The position numbers and the translations under genes are program-made. This document shows, piece by piece, positions 1-10,892 of a DNA stretch of 64,000 nucleotides (position 1 is the first letter of the stretch; each line of letters opens with the position of its first letter). Below the pieces are notes generated by a model. The model saw only the letters and a program-made list of their open reading frames with translations. It had not been told where the DNA came from and did not search any database. Location: contig CAXXHB010000003.1 of NCBI GenBank assembly GCA_963664815.2, forward strand, positions 544,001 to 608,000, written 5' to 3'. The stretch is from Spirochaetota bacterium (GTDB lineage Bacteria; Spirochaetota; UBA4802; UBA5550).

Positions 1-1
1 T

Positions 2-247
2 AAAAATCCCTACCCGATACTTTCACTTGAATCACTCGTTATAAAAAATCCTGATGTGGTAATAATAATGATTCCCGGTGATGATCTTTATCTTAATCAC
101 CAGTTAAGGAATTTTACAAGTGTGAACTTTGTAAAAAAGAAAAATATATTTGTTGCGGGAGATGAAGTAATTCCATATTATTCACCCGGAGAATACATAC
201 TGTCAGTTGAAAGAATTTCCCGGATACTGAGTCTTGTGGCAAAATGA
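2..247 (+). CDS. ABC transporter substrate-binding protein, BtuF/FecB-like (5' truncated by window edge)
   Basis: Open frame from base 2: KNPYPILSLESLVIKNPDVVII resembles the YP-x-x-S-x-E...NPDVII motif of helical-backbone receptors; stop overlaps the permease start (ATGA). Confidence 0.7.
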   Translation, partial: KNPYPILSLESLVIKNPDVVIIMIPGDDLYLNHQLRNFTSVNFVKKKNIFVAGDEVIPYYSPGEYILSVERISRILSLVAK

Positions 248-1212
248 AAAAAATATATATATTATCAATACTGGTTTTTATTCTTTCTGCAGTAGCCGGA
301 CTCTGTATGGGGTCTGAATTTATCGATCCTGTATCTATAGTATGGAATATTATCAATGGCCATGAAAGTTTAAATACTGAAATAATATTGAGGATACGGC
401 TGCCGAGGATTATGGCCGCCGCCTTTGCCGGAGCAGCTCTCTCCGTCAGCGGAGCAGTTTTTCAGTCAATATTCAGAAATCCTCTTGCTGATCCATTTAT
501 TACCGGTGTTTCAGGCGGTGCATCTCTTGGTATTTCAGCGGCAGTGATTCTGTCACTGGGGCCGCTTGCAACTGTTTTTTTATCATTCACCGGGAGTATT
601 TTTGCCATTGCTGCTTTATACTTATTATCGTACGGCAGGGGTTTTGGAGGGAGTGTGTTTATCCTGGCCGGAGTGGCCCTGAGCTTTATTTTTTCATCCT
701 CTGTAATGCTGCTTTTTTCTATGGCAGAATCCCAGAATGTTCATAAAGCGCTGATATGGATGATGGGGGATCTCTCTTCATCCGGAGATGTCGGGCAGGG
801 TATTGTATCTTTCATGATATTTCTTGTTGCATTCATGTTATGGATTTTTCACCGGCATATAAACATTATCTCTCTTGGAAGATCATTTTCAAACAGCTCG
901 GGTCTTTCAGATTCACAACTGCGGATTATTCTTATTCTTGCTTCTGTCTTATCGGCGCTGTCAGTAATTTTAGGCGGTATTATCCCTTTTGTCGGTTTAA
1001 TGATTCCTCACCTTGTCAGAATGCTGAACGGGCATGACAGCAGGAACCTTATCCCTCTCTCGGCCATTGGTGGAGCATCATTTCTTGTAATATCTGATGC
1101 GTTGAGCAGGTCTCTCGTTTTTCCATATGAAATTCCGGTGGGTATAATAACAGGTTTTGCCGGTGGAATTTTTTTCCTTTTTTTTGTAATCAGAAGCAGG
1201 CAGGTGCAGTGA
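244..1212 (+). CDS. FecCD/BtuC-family ABC permease (cobalamin or iron complex)
   Basis: RLPR, Q..FRNPLADPFITGVSGGA, GGIIPFVGLMIPH and EIPVGIIT motifs; multiple TM helices. Confidence 0.92.
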   Translation: MKKIYILSILVFILSAVAGLCMGSEFIDPVSIVWNIINGHESLNTEIILRIRLPRIMAAAFAGAALSVSGAVFQSIFRNPLADPFITGVSGGASLGISAAVILSLGPLATVFLSFTGSIFAIAALYLLSYGRGFGGSVFILAGVALSFIFSSSVMLLFSMAESQNVHKALIWMMGDLSSSGDVGQGIVSFMIFLVAFMLWIFHRHINIISLGRSFSNSSGLSDSQLRIILILASVLSALSVILGGIIPFVGLMIPHLVRMLNGHDSRNLIPLSAIGGASFLVISDALSRSLVFPYEIPVGIITGFAGGIFFLFFVIRSRQVQ

Positions 1213-1213
1213 A

Positions 1214-2002
1214 ATGAAGGAACCGGTTTTTATAGCAGATTCATTAAGCGCTGGATACAACAGAAATACTGTACTCAGGAATATATCTTTTGGAATAGGA
1301 AAAGGGGAGTTTATCTCTTTAATAGGGCCTAATGGAGCCGGGAAGAGTACAGTAATCAAGGCAATCTCCGGTTTAATCCCGGCATCCGGTGGAAGAGTTA
1401 TTTTTCTGGGGCGCAATATAAATGATTACAGAAAGAAAGATCTGGCGGTAGAGATGTCAGTGGTAAATCCGATTATCGGAGAAATACCCGGTTTTTCAGT
1501 AAAGTTGTTTCTGTCTTTCGGACTTTTCCCGCTGAGGAAATTGTTCTCTTCAGATAAAGATGTGGAACTTATCGTTGAAGATATGGCGTCGCTTTGCGGA
1601 ATAGAACATCTGATGGAGAGGCCTATAAGTGAACTTTCTGCCGGAGAGTTTCAGCTGGTACAGATATCAAGGGCTCTGATTCAGAACAGGAATATTTTAC
1701 TCCTTGATGAACCGGTTTCAAATCTTGATTACAGGCATATGATTCAGGTGATGGATATTCTTTCCACACTGTACAGAGGGGGGGCAACAATTATCTGTGC
1801 CCTTCATGATGTTAACATAGCGGCTGAATATAGTTCCAGAATAATTGCAATCAAGAAAGGGACTGTCTTTTTTGACGGTGTGCCTGAAAAGGTTATTTCC
1901 GGGGTTACACTCTCTGGTTTGTATGATTCAGAATTTTTCTGTGGTAAAAATCCCGTAACAGGACGCCCTTCGGTATATCCTGTCCCGGGATCAGTGACCT
2001 GA
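1214..2002 (+). CDS. FecE/BtuD-like ABC ATPase
   Basis: Walker A GPNGAGKST, signature LSAGE, Walker B LLLDEP, H-loop LHD. Confidence 0.92.
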   Translation: MKEPVFIADSLSAGYNRNTVLRNISFGIGKGEFISLIGPNGAGKSTVIKAISGLIPASGGRVIFLGRNINDYRKKDLAVEMSVVNPIIGEIPGFSVKLFLSFGLFPLRKLFSSDKDVELIVEDMASLCGIEHLMERPISELSAGEFQLVQISRALIQNRNILLLDEPVSNLDYRHMIQVMDILSTLYRGGATIICALHDVNIAAEYSSRIIAIKKGTVFFDGVPEKVISGVTLSGLYDSEFFCGKNPVTGRPSVYPVPGSVT

Positions 2003-2004
2003 TT

Positions 2005-2676
2005 CTACCAGTCGTCACTTTGTCTGTCTTTGTATTTATCTCTTACAGTCGCTGTTATGTCATCGATGTAGAAGTACTGCCACATGGGGTGCATTGTTTC
2101 GTTAGCAGCCCTGTATTGAATATGCATAATTTTCAGAACTTTTTCTTTCTCAAGGTATTCATCCTGCTGCTTTATCTTCGAATCAAGATTCACGGTAAGT
2201 TTTTTCCATCCGAGAAACGATGTATTTCCGAATGTAATCCTGTGAGTTGTTCCGGTTACGTCCTGAAGCATCATTGATATTTCACCGGCGAATTTTTTAC
2301 CATAAACCCATATGGATATAGATTTGCAGTATTTTGTGATTTCAAGCGGTTTCACAGGGAATATCTGGAATGTATCACCTTTTTTGGTATACAACTTTAT
2401 TCCCAGATATTTTTTTGAATTGTTGAATTCTGCAGGGTATTGATCTCTTATTGCAATGGATCCCTGTTGTTCTGTTCCCTGAATAAATTTTAAGTTGCTG
2501 TTTGAATACTGGTTGGTTTCAAAATCTTCAAGTGTTATCTCTGTGTAGATGCTCTGATTCACCATTTCTGTCTCAGATGCTTTTTTTTCCGGCTCTTTCG
2601 CTGTTTCATTTTTATCCTGAGACATCGCAGGAATTAAAAAAAGAAATAATATTGCGCATATAAATATTTTTTTCAT
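2005..2676 (-). CDS. flaA: Flagellar filament outer layer (sheath) protein FlaA family
   Basis: Signal peptide; LEDFE, KYLGIK, SISIWVYG, FLGWKKL and YFYIDDI segments typical of spirochaete FlaA; strong RBS GGAGG. Confidence 0.75.
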   Translation of the reverse strand: MKKIFICAILFLFLIPAMSQDKNETAKEPEKKASETEMVNQSIYTEITLEDFETNQYSNSNLKFIQGTEQQGSIAIRDQYPAEFNNSKKYLGIKLYTKKGDTFQIFPVKPLEITKYCKSISIWVYGKKFAGEISMMLQDVTGTTHRITFGNTSFLGWKKLTVNLDSKIKQQDEYLEKEKVLKIMHIQYRAANETMHPMWQYFYIDDITATVRDKYKDRQSDDW

Positions 2677-2705
2677 ATGTCATCCTCCAAAGTAAATACT
2701 TTTAT

Positions 2706-2734
2706 ATAATAGTTTGGATGTCTGTCAATGTCAA
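2706..2734 (-). promoter_or_regulatory. Sigma70-type promoter for flaA
   Basis: Minus strand TTGACA (2734-2729), 17 nt spacer, TATTAT (2711-2706). Confidence 0.55.
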
Positions 2735-3115
2735 TAAATTCTTACCGGGCGGTTTTATTTTTTCATGCGCTGTTTATTAAACATTATAATTAAATATTAT
2801 AGAAGTCATGATAAGCCAATTTTTTATGGGTCTGATGAGCGGCAATCCCTTTACAGGTCACCAGGATACCATTCAATATTATTTTCCTTGTTTTAAACCT
2901 GAAAATTCAATATATTAATATTTTATATGGTAAAATGGGTTGAAAAAAAGTTGCTTTTTTACTTTTATGGAGTTCAAACAGTATAATTATGAATGTATAA
3001 ATTTGATGAGTGTTTAAAAACACATAATTATAATTGCCAGGCCAGACATGGAGTTTAAGGAAAGACGATGTTTCCCATGAGTAGTAATAAATATATTTCT
3101 TAATAATTGAAATAA

Positions 3116-3496
3116 ATGAAAGAGCAGAGAGATTTTACAAGATATTCATGCCAAAGCAGTTCCGGCAGACAGATTCTTGTCAGGATAGGCGATGAGGCCG
3201 ATATGACCGGTACTGTACTGGATTTAAGTACCGGCGGATTTTCTTTTGTTATTGAATCGGGTTTGACAAAGAATATTGATATTAACCTGGAGAAATTTTT
3301 ATTTGTACAGCTAAATGCCGATGGATTCACTATAAATGCCGAGGTTGAAAGAAGATGGAGCCTCGTAAAAAATGATGGCAATAAAAAAATATTTACTGCC
3401 GGTGTCAGTTTTAATATTATTTCCAGCGAAGACAGGTTAAGGCTTAATGAAATTATTGAATATATCAGGTCCGGTTCTTCCGAATTTTATCTTTGA
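3116..3496 (+). CDS. Stand-alone PilZ domain protein (c-di-GMP receptor)
   Basis: RxxxR (RDFTR) and DxSxxG (DLSTGG) motifs intact. Confidence 0.85.
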   Translation: MKEQRDFTRYSCQSSSGRQILVRIGDEADMTGTVLDLSTGGFSFVIESGLTKNIDINLEKFLFVQLNADGFTINAEVERRWSLVKNDGNKKIFTAGVSFNIISSEDRLRLNEIIEYIRSGSSEFYL

Positions 3497-3524
3497 ATCA
3501 AATAACAGGATTCACAGAACTCTC

Positions 3525-5147
3525 ATGATTTTATTTTTAATTATTCTTGTCCTCTGCATTTCTTCTGAATTATATGCCGGGCCGGTTGATAAAAAGAAAA
3601 AATCGGTAAACTGGTTCTGGTGTTTATATGAACATACTGAAGATATTAACGCAGCTACCGTTGTATATCGTCCCTTTTACATGGAAGCTGTACATAACGA
3701 AAATCTTTTCCAGGCGTCCCTGCTCCCTGTTATTTTCTGGCGTTATAAAAACAATAAAAATGATGTGACGAAAGGTTTCTTCGGGCTGTATGAATCGACT
3801 GATTATAAGCATCAGGATGAAAAAAAAGATTATGACAATGGTCTTTTCCCTTTATTCCTGTATGGCAGCGGTGATTCCGGTAAAGACAATTATCTTTTTA
3901 TTTATCCTTTAGGGGGAAATATTCGCGGAAAATTCGCGTATGACAGAATTTCACCATATGTGTTCCCCGGTGTTGCTCTCTTTTTTTTATTCCCCCCATC
4001 CGGTATATTTACCTGGCAGACTTTTTTTTATTCTATGGCTGCATTGATACCGGTATACACCGGGTTTGAAGATAAGGATTATACCGGCACAGCGCTGTTC
4101 TGGCCGTTTGTATCCTGGGGGAAAGGGAGCAAAAGAGAGGATTTTCGTATTCTTCCGTTTTATGCTCATAACAGTAAAACAGGCTGGTATGATAACTACC
4201 AGTATCTTTTCCTGATAAACTACAGGGAACTATATCTTTCCCATGATGAGAGGTATACATTTTTCTTTTTACCTTTCTTCGGGAAAAAATGGAGTAAAAG
4301 CGGGAGAATGAAGTCATACACAGTTATCTGGCCTTTTTTCTCCTGGGGGTATGATCTTGATAAAAATGAAAAGATTTACAATCTGCCATGGCCACTGATT
4401 CAAATTGGCGATTCGGATAAGCCTAAAATGAAAAAGAGGATTTTTTTCCCTTTTTACGGAGCATACGAAACATCAACCTATGAAAGTATGTTTATAACAC
4501 CGCTTTATTTCAGAATAAAAAAGGATGCCGATTACTATAAATCCGAATATCATATAATATGCATTATTGCATGGTATCTTAAAAGGGACTATTTAAAACC
4601 GCACGAATACTACGGCAGGTCTTGGAGATATTTTAAACTGTGGCCGCTGGTTCAGGTTGAGTGGAGCGATTCCGGTTTGTACTCAATTAATCTGTTGTCT
4701 CTTTTACCATTCAGAGATACTGAGGGGTATGAAAAGCTTTACCAGCCATTCTGGACACTGTTCGAATACAGAAAAAAGCCTGACGGGGAAAAACATCTCG
4801 GAATCCTTCTCCGGACATATTACCAGGTATGGAATGATGATTTTTTTAAAATGAAGGTGCCTGTTGTTGTCAATTTTGAAAGCCGAGGCAATAGTATAAA
4901 AGAATTTACACTTCTGTTCAGTTCATTCGGTTATGAGAAGAATGAAGAAGGTACATATATTAAACTGCTCTGGTTTCCGGTAAAAATAGGGGAGGGTGAT
5001 GCTGATTTTGCAGAAAATATAAACACTGATCCGGATATGGATATCTCATTTATGAGGGAGAAGTATGGCTTTAATCCGTGTCATGCCAATCTAGCCTGTG
5101 ACAGTTTACAGGATAATTTTTATTTTAAAATTAATTTCAAGATGTGA
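3525..5147 (+). CDS. Exported aromatic/Pro-rich repeat protein of unknown function, heading the mla operon
   Basis: ORF 3447-5147; in-frame ATG at 3525 gives a signal peptide (MILFLIILVLCISSELYA). Recurrent hydrophobic-W/F/L-P-F/L motifs; stop lies 6 nt before mlaE. Confidence 0.75.
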   Translation: MILFLIILVLCISSELYAGPVDKKKKSVNWFWCLYEHTEDINAATVVYRPFYMEAVHNENLFQASLLPVIFWRYKNNKNDVTKGFFGLYESTDYKHQDEKKDYDNGLFPLFLYGSGDSGKDNYLFIYPLGGNIRGKFAYDRISPYVFPGVALFFLFPPSGIFTWQTFFYSMAALIPVYTGFEDKDYTGTALFWPFVSWGKGSKREDFRILPFYAHNSKTGWYDNYQYLFLINYRELYLSHDERYTFFFLPFFGKKWSKSGRMKSYTVIWPFFSWGYDLDKNEKIYNLPWPLIQIGDSDKPKMKKRIFFPFYGAYETSTYESMFITPLYFRIKKDADYYKSEYHIICIIAWYLKRDYLKPHEYYGRSWRYFKLWPLVQVEWSDSGLYSINLLSLLPFRDTEGYEKLYQPFWTLFEYRKKPDGEKHLGILLRTYYQVWNDDFFKMKVPVVVNFESRGNSIKEFTLLFSSFGYEKNEEGTYIKLLWFPVKIGEGDADFAENINTDPDMDISFMREKYGFNPCHANLACDSLQDNFYFKINFKM

Positions 5148-5153
5148 TTTATT

Positions 5154-5960
5154 ATGGTAAATACTGAAGAAAGTGGAGTTTACAGGTTCTTTTCAGATTT
5201 TGGTGAACGGGTGTTGTATGAACTTAGATTTTCAGGTTTTACGCTTATACTTATATTCAAAACCTTTATTGCTTTCAGATATCTGTTTGTAAAAAGAAAG
5301 GAAATTGTGAATCAGATGTATATCTCCGGCGTAAAGAGTATGCCTGTATGTTCAATTGTTGCGCTGTTTGGAGGTATGATTCTTGCTCTTCATACCGGTA
5401 TTGAATTTACAAAGTACGGGCAGCAGGAACTGATACCGACATTGATGATTAATATCATGAATAAGGAGATGGGGGCTTTTCTGACGGCAATAATAATAAC
5501 GGCATTTTCCGGGGCGGCTATGGCGGCTGAACTGGGCACCATGAAGGTATCAGAAGAGATTGATGCGCTGGAGATGATGTCAATAAATCCTGTTGCCTAT
5601 CTCGTTATGCCGCGAATCGTTTCCATGATGATAATGCTTCCGACACTTTCTGTCTATACGATTATACTGGGAGTTACCGGCGGTGCGGTAATCTCTTATT
5701 TCCAGTTTGGCATTACAATGGATGCGTATTATCATAGAATTTTTCAGTCAATATGGGTAAAGGATATGTATGTCGGGCTTCTGAAGAGTATGGTTTTCGG
5801 ACTTTTGATTTCATCAATAAGCTGTGCGAATGGTCTCAAAGCGGAGAATGGTGCTTTGGGTGTAGGGCAGGCTACAAGGGTTTCGGTGGTGGCATCCTAT
5901 CTTATGATATTGATAGTGGGATATTTTATAACCGCTCTTTTCTACGGGGGGTTTTTATGA
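5154..5960 (+). CDS. mlaE: MlaE-family ABC permease
   Basis: GAAMAAELGTMKVSEEIDALEMMSINPVAYLVMPR and GALGVGQAT motifs. Confidence 0.93.
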   Translation: MVNTEESGVYRFFSDFGERVLYELRFSGFTLILIFKTFIAFRYLFVKRKEIVNQMYISGVKSMPVCSIVALFGGMILALHTGIEFTKYGQQELIPTLMINIMNKEMGAFLTAIIITAFSGAAMAAELGTMKVSEEIDALEMMSINPVAYLVMPRIVSMMIMLPTLSVYTIILGVTGGAVISYFQFGITMDAYYHRIFQSIWVKDMYVGLLKSMVFGLLISSISCANGLKAENGALGVGQATRVSVVASYLMILIVGYFITALFYGGFL

Positions 5961-6700
5961 TAGAGTTCAGAAACGTGTCAAAGAAGTTCAGTAATAAAAT
6001 AGTGCTAGATGATGTTTCTTTTTTTATCGAAAAAGGGGAAACCTTTGTTATCATAGGACTTTCTGGCGCAGGGAAGACTACAATTTTAAGGCATATAGCG
6101 GGATTTATTGATCCGGACAGCGGGGATGTATTTGTTGACAACATAAAGATGAATGGAGCGTCAACCGGAGTCAGGGCCGCGTTGCGGGAGAAAATGGGGT
6201 TTCTGTTCCAGTCCGGCGCTCTTATCAACTGGCTGTCGGTAAGGGATAATATTGCCCTCCCTCTGGTGGAACACAGACTGGGGAGTATTGATGAGATAAA
6301 GCGGACTGTTGATGACAAACTCAGGCTTCTGCAGCTTAGTGATGCAGGTAATAAAATGCCCTCGGAAATAAGCGGCGGTATGAAAAAAAGGGCAGGCCTT
6401 GCCAGGGCAATAGTCCGCAATCCCCGGCTGATTTTATATGATGAACCGACGTCAGGGCTTGATCCTGTGATGTCGGCGAGAATAAACGAACTGATAAAAG
6501 AGATGCAGGAAAAGCTTGAAGTTACATCGGTGGTGGTAACACATGATATGAACAGCGCTTATTATATCGCCGACCGCATTGCGATGCTTTATAACGGGGA
6601 GCTTATAGAATGCGGGACACCCGAGCAGATACGGGCAAGTTCCAATTCGGTTGTACAACAGTTTATTTACGGGAAGATATCGGGTCCAATTGAAGGTTGA
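5957..6700 (+). CDS. mlaF: MlaF/Mkl-family ABC ATPase
   Basis: ATGA overlap with mlaE; GLSGAGKT, FQSGAL, ISGGMKKRAGLARA, LYDEPTSGLDP, VTHD. Confidence 0.93.
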   Translation: MIEFRNVSKKFSNKIVLDDVSFFIEKGETFVIIGLSGAGKTTILRHIAGFIDPDSGDVFVDNIKMNGASTGVRAALREKMGFLFQSGALINWLSVRDNIALPLVEHRLGSIDEIKRTVDDKLRLLQLSDAGNKMPSEISGGMKKRAGLARAIVRNPRLILYDEPTSGLDPVMSARINELIKEMQEKLEVTSVVVTHDMNSAYYIADRIAMLYNGELIECGTPEQIRASSNSVVQQFIYGKISGPIEG

Positions 6701-6733
6701 CAGGGAAAATATGTGTATGTTAACGTGTGAACT

Positions 6734-7390
6734 ATGACAAAACTGAATGAATTTATTGTCGGTGTTGTATTTTTCAGTGCGCTTGCTATACTTGGTTATT
6801 TCACCATAATCCGTGGTGATTTATTTGATACCAGGGAATTTTTTTACGGGACTGTAATATTTGAAGATGTTGAAGGGCTTGAAATCGGAAACAAGGTACT
6901 CGTTAATGGGGTGGAAGCCGGTAATGTCACTGCTGTTGAACTGATGACAGACGGTAAGGTAATAGTTTCTATTAAATTATTCAGGGTATTTACCCTTTAT
7001 GAGAACTACAGAATTCTACTTAAAAATCAATCAGCTCTTGGGGGTAAAATTATAGTGATATATCCAGGCGCTTCCGATGTAAAAGGGGAGTTCTTTGATA
7101 CTGTTAAAAGCATGAAAAATCTCACAGGATATACAATTGGTGATCCGCTTACAAAAATATCTGAAGTGATAGATGAAAACCGTACCGGACTGAAAGTTGC
7201 AATTAAGAATCTGAGTGAATTTTCTGAAAAGATCAATAATGGAGAGGGTACAATCGGGAAACTGGTTAACCGGGATACACTTCATCAGGATACAAGCAAA
7301 CTTATAAATGAATTACGCGATACGGTGGAGGATTCCAGGGAACAGGCTCCGGTAACGAGTTTTATAAGGGCAGCATTGACCGCATTCTGA
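6734..7390 (+). CDS. mlaD: MlaD/MCE-domain protein
   Basis: N-terminal TM anchor, MCE motif GLEIGNKVLVNGVEAGNV, helical tail with GEGTIGKLV. Confidence 0.9.
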   Translation: MTKLNEFIVGVVFFSALAILGYFTIIRGDLFDTREFFYGTVIFEDVEGLEIGNKVLVNGVEAGNVTAVELMTDGKVIVSIKLFRVFTLYENYRILLKNQSALGGKIIVIYPGASDVKGEFFDTVKSMKNLTGYTIGDPLTKISEVIDENRTGLKVAIKNLSEFSEKINNGEGTIGKLVNRDTLHQDTSKLINELRDTVEDSREQAPVTSFIRAALTAF

Positions 7391-7568
7391 GCATATTCTT
7401 TATTTCTCTATTTTTATTGACAAAAATAGTGATTTTAAAAGACTTTTGGATTTACTTAAACACAATCAGAATAACAGTTATTCCTGTGGAATCAAAAGGG
7501 GTGAATTTTAAATACTCCTTTAAGGATTGTCATATATACAAACTACGTTTTTTAAGGATGGATTATAA

Positions 7569-10500
7569 GTGCCGAAAAGAGAAGATATAAAAAAGATACT
7601 GATAATCGGGTCAGGGCCGATCGTTATAGGACAGGCGTGCGAGTTTGATTATTCAGGATCGCAGGCCTGTAAATCGCTGAAAGAAGAGGGATATGAGGTA
7701 GTTCTGGTAAACTCCAATCCGGCAACTATTATGACCGATCCTGAACTTGCGGATAAAACATACATTGAACCGATTTATCCTGAAGTAGTTGCTAAAATTA
7801 TTGAACTTGAGAGGCCTGATGCAGTTCTTCCCACAGTCGGCGGACAAACTGCATTGAATACGGCAATGAAACTTGATGAAATGGGTATATTAAAAAAATT
7901 TAATGTTGAACTGATCGGGGCAAATATTGAATCCATAAGAAAGGCTGAGGACAGGGATCTGTTTAAAAAGGCTATGTTGAAAATTGGGCTGGATGTCCCT
8001 GAATCGGGGCTTGTTTCCACTATTGAAGAGGCACTATTGGTTCTCAACAGGATAAAACTCCCGATTATAATAAGACCGGCTTTTACACTGGGAGGTACCG
8101 GCGGGAATATTGTTTATAACAGGGAGGAATTTGTTGATCTTGTAAAAAAAGGACTCGATGAATCGCCGATCAACCAGGTTTTACTTGAAGAATCCGTAAT
8201 CGGATGGAAAGAGTTTGAGCTTGAGGTAATGAGAGACAAACATGATAATGTTGTAATAGTCTGCTCAATAGAGAATTTTGATCCAATGGGGGTTCATACA
8301 GGTGATTCAATTACTGTAGCACCTCAGCAGACACTTACAGACAGGGAATACCAGAATCTCCGTGATATGGGAATTAAAATAATAAGGGAGATAGGCGTTG
8401 ATACAGGCGGATCAAACATACAGTTTGCCGTTAATCCATCAACCGGCCGTGTAATAGTAATAGAAATGAATCCCAGGGTAAGCAGAAGTTCCGCACTGGC
8501 GTCAAAGGCAACGGGATTCCCCATAGCAAAAATTGCTGCAAAACTGGCTGTAGGGCTTACGCTTGACGAAATTTCCAATGATATAACAAGGGAAACACCT
8601 GCGTCCTTTGAGCCAACGATAGATTATGTTGTTGTAAAGGCTCCAAGATGGGCCTTTGAAAAATTTGAAGGAGCTGACAACCGGCTTGGTGTTCAGATGA
8701 AGTCTGTCGGGGAATCCATGGCAATCGGCCGTACCTTTAAGGAATCTTTTCAGAAGGCTTTAAGGTCTCTGGAGATTGACAGGGCGGGTTTTGGTTCAGA
8801 TGGTAATCTTAAACTTTCCGCATATTTATCATCTCTATCATACCAGGAACGTGATACGGTTTTTGAAAGAGAGATTAGCGCTCCGAAAGAGGATCGTGTT
8901 TTTTATATTAAAGAGGCCTTAAAACGGGGAAAGGGTGTTGACTGGATATGCCGTTTGTCAGGGATAGATCCCTGGTTTATAAACCAGTTGAAGGAACTTG
9001 TGGATGAAGAGAATATCTTCGAAGAAGAGTGCAGAACATCAGGGGTAAATCCTGATACTGTAAAAAGAATGAAAAATCTCGGATTCTCTGACAGGCAGCT
9101 TGGATTTATTGCAAACAGGGAAACCATCGAGGACCTGTATGGCAAGGGACCATTATTCCAGAAAAAATATTCAATGAGTGTAAGACACGCAGAGAGCGAG
9201 ATAAGAAATCTGAGAAAAGAAAACGGCATATTCCCCGGTTTCCGTGTTGTTGATACATGCGGCGGGGAGTTTGAGGCGTATACTCCGTATTATTATTCAT
9301 CCTATGACGGTGAAAATGAATCATTCAGAACTGACCGTAAAAAAATAATGATACTTGGCGGCGGACCTAACAGGATAGGGCAGGGTATAGAGTTTGATTA
9401 CTGCTGCTGTCATGCTTCATTCGCCCTGAGAGATGAAGGGATTGAATCCATAATGGTTAATTCCAATCCGGAAACAGTATCGACGGATTATGATACTTCC
9501 GACAGGCTGTATTTTGAACCACTGACCCTTGAGGATATACTTCACATTTATGAAATTGAAAAGCCCGATGGCGTAATTGTCCAGTTTGGGGGACAGACCC
9601 CTTTAAGACTGGCTAAATCACTTGAAGAAAACGGGGTGAAGATAATAGGCACATCTCCGGATTCAATAGACAGGGCTGAAGACAGGGAACGGTTTGCAAA
9701 TGTTGTCGATAAACTCAAACTGAGGCAGCCTGAAAACGGTATAGCGTTTAATGAAGATGATGCGGTAAAGATTGCCACGCATATAGGCTATCCGGTGCTT
9801 GTAAGGCCTTCATATGTTCTTGGCGGAAGAGCTATGGCAATAATTTATGATGAGGCAAGCCTTCATAACTATATAAATACGGCCGTAGAGCTTTCACCGG
9901 AACATCCGATTCTTGTTGATAAATTTCTTGAAGATGCAGTTGAAGTTGATGTAGACGCAATTTGTGACGGAGAGGATGTTTATATCGGTGCTATTATGGA
10001 ACACGTTGAAGAAGCCGGTATTCATTCCGGAGATTCAGCATGTATTATCCCCCCGATGACTATTACAGTGAATCTTCAGAATCAGATTATTGAAGTTACT
10101 AAAAAACTTGCGCTTGAACTTAATGTAATAGGGCTTCTTAATATACAGTATGCAATAAAAGATGATGAACTTTTTATAATTGAGGTAAATCCCCGGGCAT
10201 CACGAACTGTGCCATTTGTATCAAAAACAACCGGTATTTCACTGGCAAAAATGGCGGTGAAAGTAATGATCGGCAAAAAGCTTAAAGACCTCGGTCTTAC
10301 CGTGATGAAAAAGTTTCCCTATGTAAGCGTTAAAGAGGCAGTTCTTCCGTTCAATAAATTTCCGGGGGTTGATATTCTTCTTTCGCCCGAGATGAAGTCC
10401 ACGGGGGAGGTTATGGGGATTTCCTATAACTTTGGCGAATCCTATTTTAAAGCTGAACTCGCTGCCGGAGACAGACTGCCGGTTGAGGGTACAGTCTTTT

Positions 10501-10892
10501 TAAGTATAAATGATATGCACAAGGGGCAGCTGATTGAAGAGGTGAGATTACTTCATGAAAATGGCTTTAAACTTATCGCCACAAAGGGAACTGCCAAGTT
10601 TTATAATGATCATAATATTCCCTGTGAAATGGTTTATAAAGTCAACGAGGGGAGACCAAATGTTGTTGACCGTATTAAGGATCTTGATGTTGATTTTGTG
10701 ATAAACACTCCTCTTGGCAAAGTAACACGTGATGACGCATATTCAATACGACAGGCTTCAACAAGATATCATGTCCCCACAGTTACAACGGTATCAGCGG
10801 CGAAGGCAGCGATTAATGGGCTTTTATATGTACGAAAAAACCATGAACTTTCAGTTAAACCTATACAGGAATACTACAAAGAGGTGGAATAG
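7569..10892 (+). CDS. carB: Carbamoyl-phosphate synthase large subunit
   Basis: [31 protein letters not shown]-terminus, duplicated ATP-grasp domains, C-terminal MGS-like domain; GTG start. Confidence 0.98.
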   Translation: MPKREDIKKILIIGSGPIVIGQACEFDYSGSQACKSLKEEGYEVVLVNSNPATIMTDPELADKTYIEPIYPEVVAKIIELERPDAVLPTVGGQTALNTAMKLDEMGILKKFNVELIGANIESIRKAEDRDLFKKAMLKIGLDVPESGLVSTIEEALLVLNRIKLPIIIRPAFTLGGTGGNIVYNREEFVDLVKKGLDESPINQVLLEESVIGWKEFELEVMRDKHDNVVIVCSIENFDPMGVHTGDSITVAPQQTLTDREYQNLRDMGIKIIREIGVDTGGSNIQFAVNPSTGRVIVIEMNPRVSRSSALASKATGFPIAKIAAKLAVGLTLDEISNDITRETPASFEPTIDYVVVKAPRWAFEKFEGADNRLGVQMKSVGESMAIGRTFKESFQKALRSLEIDRAGFGSDGNLKLSAYLSSLSYQERDTVFEREISAPKEDRVFYIKEALKRGKGVDWICRLSGIDPWFINQLKELVDEENIFEEECRTSGVNPDTVKRMKNLGFSDRQLGFIANRETIEDLYGKGPLFQKKYSMSVRHAESEIRNLRKENGIFPGFRVVDTCGGEFEAYTPYYYSSYDGENESFRTDRKKIMILGGGPNRIGQGIEFDYCCCHASFALRDEGIESIMVNSNPETVSTDYDTSDRLYFEPLTLEDILHIYEIEKPDGVIVQFGGQTPLRLAKSLEENGVKIIGTSPDSIDRAEDRERFANVVDKLKLRQPENGIAFNEDDAVKIATHIGYPVLVRPSYVLGGRAMAIIYDEASLHNYINTAVELSPEHPILVDKFLEDAVEVDVDAICDGEDVYIGAIMEHVEEAGIHSGDSACIIPPMTITVNLQNQIIEVTKKLALELNVIGLLNIQYAIKDDELFIIEVNPRASRTVPFVSKTTGISLAKMAVKVMIGKKLKDLGLTVMKKFPYVSVKEAVLPFNKFPGVDILLSPEMKSTGEVMGISYNFGESYFKAELAAGDRLPVEGTVFLSINDMHKGQLIEEVRLLHENGFKLIATKGTAKFYNDHNIPCEMVYKVNEGRPNVVDRIKDLDVDFVINTPLGKVTRDDAYSIRQASTRYHVPTVTTVSAAKAAINGLLYVRKNHELSVKPIQEYYKEVE

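Noticed and set aside
2832-2860. CTGATGAG hammerhead ribozyme core (also at ~11469)
   Set aside because: No stem II followed by GAAA, and no flanking stems.
5753-5956. N-terminal extension of MlaF in the ORF track
   Set aside because: It overlaps mlaE; the ATG at 5957 (ATGA coupling) gives a normal MlaF start.
7391-7568. PyrR-binding attenuator upstream of carB
   Set aside because: A weak hairpin is present (~7495-7521), but the conserved AGUCCAGAGAGGCU-type binding loop is not.
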